Source: Deferribacterales bacterium
GTDB lineage: Bacteria; Chrysiogenota; Deferribacteres; Deferribacterales; Geovibrionaceae
Reading direction: 5' to 3'
NCBI GenBank assembly: GCA_050251875.1
Contig: JBFWMA010000002.1
Span: 64,001-128,000, forward strand
Length of the DNA: 64,000 nucleotides
Below the pieces are notes generated by a model. It did not search any database. It worked only from the letters and a program-made list of their open reading frames with translations, and was not told where the DNA came from. A program made the position numbers and the translations under genes. Below are positions 59,186-64,000 of this stretch, in pieces; the stretch's first letter is position 1, and every line of letters begins with the position of its first letter.

Positions 59186-60080
59186 GAGCCAGTCCCTCCC
59201 TCAGCCCGAAATCGGAGACGGTCAGAATATCCATGCCCAGCATGCACATCAGCTCCAGCGTGATGAGAATCCCTGGGATCAGAACCTCCTGACGTCCGGC
59301 TTCCATACCGGCCACCAGCAGTCTGTCCTCCGCTGTCATTGAGCAGAGCTTTTCCAGAATCGCTTCTATCTGAGTTTTCTTTATCTCAAAACCGTTGACC
59401 TTTATCTGGTCGTAGTTTTCCATGTGCATCTCTATGGCGGCGAGTGTGGTGGGTGTTCCGGATGAGCCGATAATCAGGTTCGGCTTGCAGTCGAGAAATT
59501 TAACCACTTCGTTCAGAACGCCGAATATGGGCGGTCTCATTCTGTCCATCTGTTCCATGTCCAGAATACCGCTGAAATCGTATCTTTCAGCCATCTTTAC
59601 CACGCCCATGGGGACGCTTATCTTTTTCTGAGGTTTGCCCGGTTCGGCATAGATAAATTCGGTGGAGCCGCCGCCTATGTCCACAACCAGAACTTTTTTT
59701 CCGGCGGTGTCTATGGCAGAGCATACGCCGTTGAATATCAGCGCGGCTTCCGTCTCTCCGGGAATCACCTGAATCTTGATGCCCATTCTCGCCGCCGCGT
59801 CCAGCAGAACCTGAGAGTTCTTTGCCTCTCTGACGGCGCTGGTGGCCACAGCGTGGAACTTCTCCGCCTTGTGCAGAGCCATAGCCTCGGCGAAGATTCT
59901 GAGGGCGTTCATGGTCTTTTCTATGGAAAGATCGCTCAGTATCCCTTTTGTGCTTAAAACTTCCGCCAGCTTGGTGACGTGTCTGTCTTTGTGCACTATA
60001 TTTATTATTTTGCCGTTTTCGATATCCGCTATCATCAGGCGTACGGCGTTGGAACCTATGTCGATTGCTGCTGCTCTCAT
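59166..60080 (-). CDS. ppx: Ppx/GppA family phosphatase (short form)
   Basis: IDIGSNAVRL, ATSAVREA, DIGGGSTE and GLREG. Confidence 0.9.
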   Translation of the reverse strand: MRAAAIDIGSNAVRLMIADIENGKIINIVHKDRHVTKLAEVLSTKGILSDLSIEKTMNALRIFAEAMALHKAEKFHAVATSAVREAKNSQVLLDAAARMGIKIQVIPGETEAALIFNGVCSAIDTAGKKVLVVDIGGGSTEFIYAEPGKPQKKISVPMGVVKMAERYDFSGILDMEQMDRMRPPIFGVLNEVVKFLDCKPNLIIGSSGTPTTLAAIEMHMENYDQIKVNGFEIKKTQIEAILEKLCSMTAEDRLLVAGMEAGRQEVLIPGILITLELMCMLGMDILTVSDFGLREGLALAVAKS

Positions 60081-61426
60081 TCAATTATCCTAAATCTTTT
60101 TATTCCTCTGGCAGATACAGTGAGGATGCCGTGGGTCATTTCTGTTTTGTCTTTTGCGCTGATCCGGACTATGACGTTCATGTCATAGACCTTTTCCACG
60201 AACTTCTTCTCCGGTCCTTCTCCGGAGACAGAGTACACCAGCGAGAGAGGTTCTTCAAGCCCGGATATGATCCTGTTCAGCTTGAACAGCATCAGATCGG
60301 TGACGCCGTTGATTTCGCTGTCCATCAGCGTGTTTATTTTTTTATGAAAGATGCGAACTTTTTTAGTAAACCGGATGATCCTGTCGTTGTCGTCATAGCC
60401 GTTTCTGGCATAGTCCGGAAGATCGTCCGGGGAGATGAATACTGCTTTTTCAAATGTTTTGCCCATGGCGTGCTTCTTAGTGCTTTCATATATCTGCGTC
60501 TCGAAATCGTATATGAGCGAGTTGAATCTTCTTTTCAGAATATCCCTGAAACCCTCTTTTATCCTGTCTTTGAACATATACCCGATCACCAGAGCCACAA
60601 AGAAGGGGACTGTGAAATTGCCGTATCTCTGCTGCGCCCAGAAAGCCAGTACGGTGGCGAATATCATGGATATTCCCGCCGCCACGGCATAAAGTATGTT
60701 GTTGGTGGTGCGGTCGGCTTTTTTTCTCTTTGCTTTCAGGTGCAGGACAGAATAGAAATATTCCTTCAGCTGATAGTATCTTTTCAGCAGTTTTTCGTTC
60801 TGTTCGTCATCTCCGGCTGTGGCGTGCGGATAGAATTCTTTACGGTATTTCAGCTCGTCTTTTATCGTTTCCAGTATGATGTCTTTAAAGGGGGCTGTGA
60901 GCCTGTCATAGAGTCTTACCAGATATATGTTGGTTACCACGCTGGTGAACTCGTCTCCCATCTGAACCATGTCGTTTTCAGAATACATTTTCTGAATCTT
61001 GCGGAAGATATTTCTGGTTTTTCTCACATGTTCCAGAAGAAGCTCTATCTCTTCCTTCCTGCTGGTGTCGCTGAGTCCGGCTGTGTGGTTTCTCAGCATG
61101 GCTCTGTATCCGCACACGAATTTCTTATACATATATTCGCATGTGTGCTTGTTCTCTTTTCTGTCGCATGTTTCATCGAAATGTTTCAGGCGTTTGTAGT
61201 AATTGTTCAGATAGAAGTCAGGTGTTTTCAGACGGATGTTTCTGCTGAGATCCTGATAGAAATGCTTTTTTTCATATGTGGTGTGGTCTATCTCCATGTC
61301 CTGAGGAAAGAACAGAAAGAAATCGATATTATAGTCAGACCTGTCCGGAGCGCCCTCCGGGACGTAATCCAGCTTTATTTCCAGCGATTTTCTGTTGTGG
61401 ACTCTGACATTTATCCGGTTCTGCAT
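60077..61426 (-). CDS. Hypothetical protein with two central TM helices
   Basis: 449-aa ORF overlapping the ppx start (ATGA); hydrophobic hairpin AVAAGISMIFATVLAF...FFVALVIGYMF. Confidence 0.75.
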   Translation of the reverse strand: MQNRINVRVHNRKSLEIKLDYVPEGAPDRSDYNIDFFLFFPQDMEIDHTTYEKKHFYQDLSRNIRLKTPDFYLNNYYKRLKHFDETCDRKENKHTCEYMYKKFVCGYRAMLRNHTAGLSDTSRKEEIELLLEHVRKTRNIFRKIQKMYSENDMVQMGDEFTSVVTNIYLVRLYDRLTAPFKDIILETIKDELKYRKEFYPHATAGDDEQNEKLLKRYYQLKEYFYSVLHLKAKRKKADRTTNNILYAVAAGISMIFATVLAFWAQQRYGNFTVPFFVALVIGYMFKDRIKEGFRDILKRRFNSLIYDFETQIYESTKKHAMGKTFEKAVFISPDDLPDYARNGYDDNDRIIRFTKKVRIFHKKINTLMDSEINGVTDLMLFKLNRIISGLEEPLSLVYSVSGEGPEKKFVEKVYDMNVIVRISAKDKTEMTHGILTVSARGIKRFRIIE

Positions 61427-61468
61427 ATATAGATAATAATACTCTATATACCTTGTGTCATCAGGAAT

Positions 61469-62467
61469 TTACTGATTTTTCTGGAATTTGTTCACATTAT
61501 TGATCTGGTCGTTGTAGTTTTCGCTGAAACTGTGGACATGATTTTTGTCAGCGACAAAGTACAGATAGCGGGTATCTGCGGGATACAGAGCCGCTTCGAT
61601 AGCCATTTTCGATGGATTGCAGATGGGGGTTGGGGGCAGTCCTTTACGCTTATATGTGTTGTATGGGTTCGTGTCGTCCTGAAGATGCTTTTTTGTCAGG
61701 TTGCCGTCAAACTCCGGCAGCAGACCGTATATTACGGTGGGATCCGCCTGAAGCCTCATCTTCTTCTTAAGCCTGTTGTGATAAACTGATGATATGACGG
61801 GTGCCTCAGAAGGATCGAACGTCTCTTTCTGAATGATGGAGGCGAGGATTATAATCTCGTTCAGAGTCATCCCCAGCTCGGCGGCTCTGGCTTCGGCGTT
61901 TTTCGGCAGCTGCTGGGTAAAGAGCCAGTACATCGTCTGGATGACAAAGTTAGGTCTGGAGAAAGGGGGAAAGTTATATGTGTTCGGATACAGATAGCCT
62001 TCCAGACTGTTCAGATTCATTCCCGTGAGTTTGTATATGAACTCCGGGTCACGGGTCAGCCGGAAGAACTGTCCGGCGTCATCCACAATGAAGTTGTCCA
62101 GCCTCTGCGCCATGTCAAAGGTGTTGTAGCCTTCCGGAAAGGTGATTTTCATGGTGGACTGAGCGCCTTTGGTCATCATATCCAGAAAATCTTTTACCGT
62201 GGTGTCTGTGACCTTGTAATAGCCGTATTTCAGGTTTTTATCGATGTCTTTGACACGGGTGAGATAATATTTGAAGAAGAAAGGGGTGTCCAGCGGTCTG
62301 AACACCTCGTTATACATCACGTTGAATCCCCCTGTTTTGGGGATGGTGACCTCAGCTGTTATTCGTGTCTCATTGATGAATTTTTCGCAGCGCACAGTCC
62401 AGAAGCCGAAGGCTGACGTGACGGCGAAAAGAGACGCTATGAGAGCGATAACGATGATTCTGAGCAT
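61469..62467 (-). CDS. mltG: Endolytic transglycosylase MltG
   Basis: ITFPEG, LEGYLYPNTY, ASIIQKE, LQADPT, YNTY..GLPPTPI and YLYFV. Confidence 0.95.
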   Translation of the reverse strand: MLRIIVIALIASLFAVTSAFGFWTVRCEKFINETRITAEVTIPKTGGFNVMYNEVFRPLDTPFFFKYYLTRVKDIDKNLKYGYYKVTDTTVKDFLDMMTKGAQSTMKITFPEGYNTFDMAQRLDNFIVDDAGQFFRLTRDPEFIYKLTGMNLNSLEGYLYPNTYNFPPFSRPNFVIQTMYWLFTQQLPKNAEARAAELGMTLNEIIILASIIQKETFDPSEAPVISSVYHNRLKKKMRLQADPTVIYGLLPEFDGNLTKKHLQDDTNPYNTYKRKGLPPTPICNPSKMAIEAALYPADTRYLYFVADKNHVHSFSENYNDQINNVNKFQKNQ

Positions 62468-63591
62468 CAGGCACTTTTATGTTTATCGATCATATCCACA
62501 AAACGCTCGAAAAGATATGTTGCGTCCTGGGGTCCGGGTCCGTTTTCCGGGTGATACTGCACAGAGAAGAGGGGGTGAACTTTGTGTTTCAGCCCTTCCA
62601 CTGTTTTGTCGTTCAGGTTGATGTGTGTCACTTCTACCTGGTCGCCCAGAGTGTCCACGTCCACAGCGAAGCAATGGTTCTGAGCCGTGATCTCGACTCT
62701 GCCTGTCTCGAAATCTTTCACAGGCTGGTTTCCGCCGTGGTGACCGAATTTCAGCTTATATGTTTTTCCGCCCAGAGCCAGCCCCAGAATCTGGTTGCCC
62801 AGACATATTCCGAAGAGGGGGTAGTTTCCTATGAGCTGTTTTGTCAGTTCTATGGCATATTTAACGGGTTCTGGGTCTCCGGGACCGTTGGAGAGAAAAA
62901 CTCCGTCAGGGTTCAGCGCCTTAATCTCTTCATATGTGGTGGTGGCGGGGACTACTGTCACCTCGCATCCCAGGTCGGCGAAGTATCTGAGGATGTTCTT
63001 CTTAATGCCGAAATCCACAGCGACAACGTGTCTTTTGGGGTCTGTGAGGTCAGTATATCCTTTTTCCAGATCCCATGTTTTCTGAGTCCATTTATAGGAT
63101 TTTGAGCAGGTTACGTTCTTCACATAATCCTGTCCCTCGATACTTTTCATCTCTGCCGCCATCTTTTTCAGCTTTTCGACATCGTCTGTCTCTGTGCTGA
63201 TAACGGCGTTCATGGAGCCCTGCTCACGGATGTGTCTCACCAGCATGCGGGTGTCTATGCCCTCGATGCCGATTACGCCGTGCTCTTTCAGAAAATCGCC
63301 GAGGCTTTTATCGCTTCTGTAGTTGCTGTATATATTGCTGTATTCCTTCACTATGAAGGCGGACAGCCATACTTTGTCTGATTCGAAATCTTCTGAGTTC
63401 ACTCCGTAGTTGCCTATCAGGGGATAGGTCATGCAGACCATCTGACCGAAGTAAGAAGGGTCTGTCAGAATCTCCTGATATCCTGTGATGGATGTATTGA
63501 AGACAACCTCTCCCTCTTTGGTGGCGTCCGCTCCGAAACTTCTGCCCTCAAAGACCGTGCCGTCAGAAAGTACCAGATATGCTTTTTTCAT
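62467..63591 (-). CDS. carA: Carbamoyl-phosphate synthase small subunit
   Basis: GEVVFNT, LSNGPGDP, GICLG and QYHPE. Start set at MKKAY. Confidence 0.97.
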   Translation of the reverse strand: MKKAYLVLSDGTVFEGRSFGADATKEGEVVFNTSITGYQEILTDPSYFGQMVCMTYPLIGNYGVNSEDFESDKVWLSAFIVKEYSNIYSNYRSDKSLGDFLKEHGVIGIEGIDTRMLVRHIREQGSMNAVISTETDDVEKLKKMAAEMKSIEGQDYVKNVTCSKSYKWTQKTWDLEKGYTDLTDPKRHVVAVDFGIKKNILRYFADLGCEVTVVPATTTYEEIKALNPDGVFLSNGPGDPEPVKYAIELTKQLIGNYPLFGICLGNQILGLALGGKTYKLKFGHHGGNQPVKDFETGRVEITAQNHCFAVDVDTLGDQVEVTHINLNDKTVEGLKHKVHPLFSVQYHPENGPGPQDATYLFERFVDMIDKHKSA

Positions 63592-63662
63592 TATGTGTCT
63601 GACCTCTTTAGTATACTGCTTACGAATTTTATGTTTTTTTCTGAAAAGTGCAAGCATTTTCC

Positions 63663-63696
63663 AAAAAAAACCGGAGCTTGTAAACTCCGGTTTTTA
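63663..63696 (-). terminator. Rho-independent terminator after gap
   Basis: aaaaaaaaccggag-cttgtaaa-ctccggtttttt. Confidence 0.8.
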
Positions 63697-63707
63697 TATC
63701 ATATTTA

Positions 63708-64000
63708 TCAGTAGCTTTCGGGATAAGTTTTGAGCCTCAGTCCGCACATGTACTCAGCTATGCGGTTCACCTGACGGCTGTATCCGTATTCGTTATCGTA
63801 CCACACATAGAGAACGGCTCTGTTGCCGTCCACGATGGTAGCCAGACCGTCCACGATTCCTGTGAATTTGTTGCCCACGAAGTCGGATGAAACAACCTCT
63901 GTGCTCTTCACGAAAGATATCTGGTCTGTCAGGCCGGAGTTCAGCGACATGTCACGGATATAATCATTTACCTCGTCCAGAGTTGTCTCTTTTTCCAGAG
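63708..64000 (-). CDS. gap: Glyceraldehyde-3-phosphate dehydrogenase, C-terminal fragment (start outside the window)
   Basis: VVSSDFVG and WYDNEYGYS motifs. Confidence 0.9.
   Translation of the reverse strand, partial: LEKETTLDEVNDYIRDMSLNSGLTDQISFVKSTEVVSSDFVGNKFTGIVDGLATIVDGNRAVLYVWYDNEYGYSRQVNRIAEYMCGLRLKTYPESY

Noticed and set aside
60065..61432. 455-aa plus-strand ORF
   Set aside because: Antisense shadow of the 449-aa minus-strand gene, which fits the operon direction and overlaps the ppx start.

Overview
This is a 64-kb stretch of bacterial core chromosome. Gene content and protein sequences suggest an anaerobic Deferribacterota organism (Denitrovibrio/Geovibrio/Seleniivibrio-like); this is inference from family resemblance, not a database result. 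It carries a phosphate module (phoU-phoB-phoR plus an Na/Pi cotransporter, each unit preceded by 11-bp-periodic Pho-box-like repeats), leuS-lptE-holA, birA-coaX-rodZ and an iscS-iscU-nfuA cluster. Heme and menaquinone genes, serA, lysS, mreBCD-mrdA-rodA, trxA, feoAB(C), a LuxR solo, several c-di-GMP enzymes, an acetate:succinate CoA-transferase, nfnAB, tRNA-Leu(CAA), mltG and carA follow. I found no prophage, integrase, transposase or CRISPR array. Six observations stand out. (1) A dispersed family of multi-hairpin repeats (~1.2 kb, ~20 kb and behind tRNA-Leu) shows stem covariation, and its loops keep a CA(N)GGA(Y)G motif, the CsrA/RsmA-type site. (2) Three apparent pseudoenzymes occur within 6 kb: an IscS lacking the PLP lysine, an Asd-like protein lacking its NADP and catalytic motifs, and an acetyl-CoA-synthetase homolog lacking the P-loop glycines and the A10 lysine, next to a CBS protein. 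(3) A lone AT-rich DpnI-family methyl-directed nuclease gene sits inside the serA operon. (4) A structured leader with a 49-codon ORF lies in front of the LuxR solo. (5) The zinc-ribbon gene after trxA may have a UGA-recoded (selenocysteine) C-terminus. (6) The ~20-kb intergenic cassette stacks three repeat types inside inverted arms.
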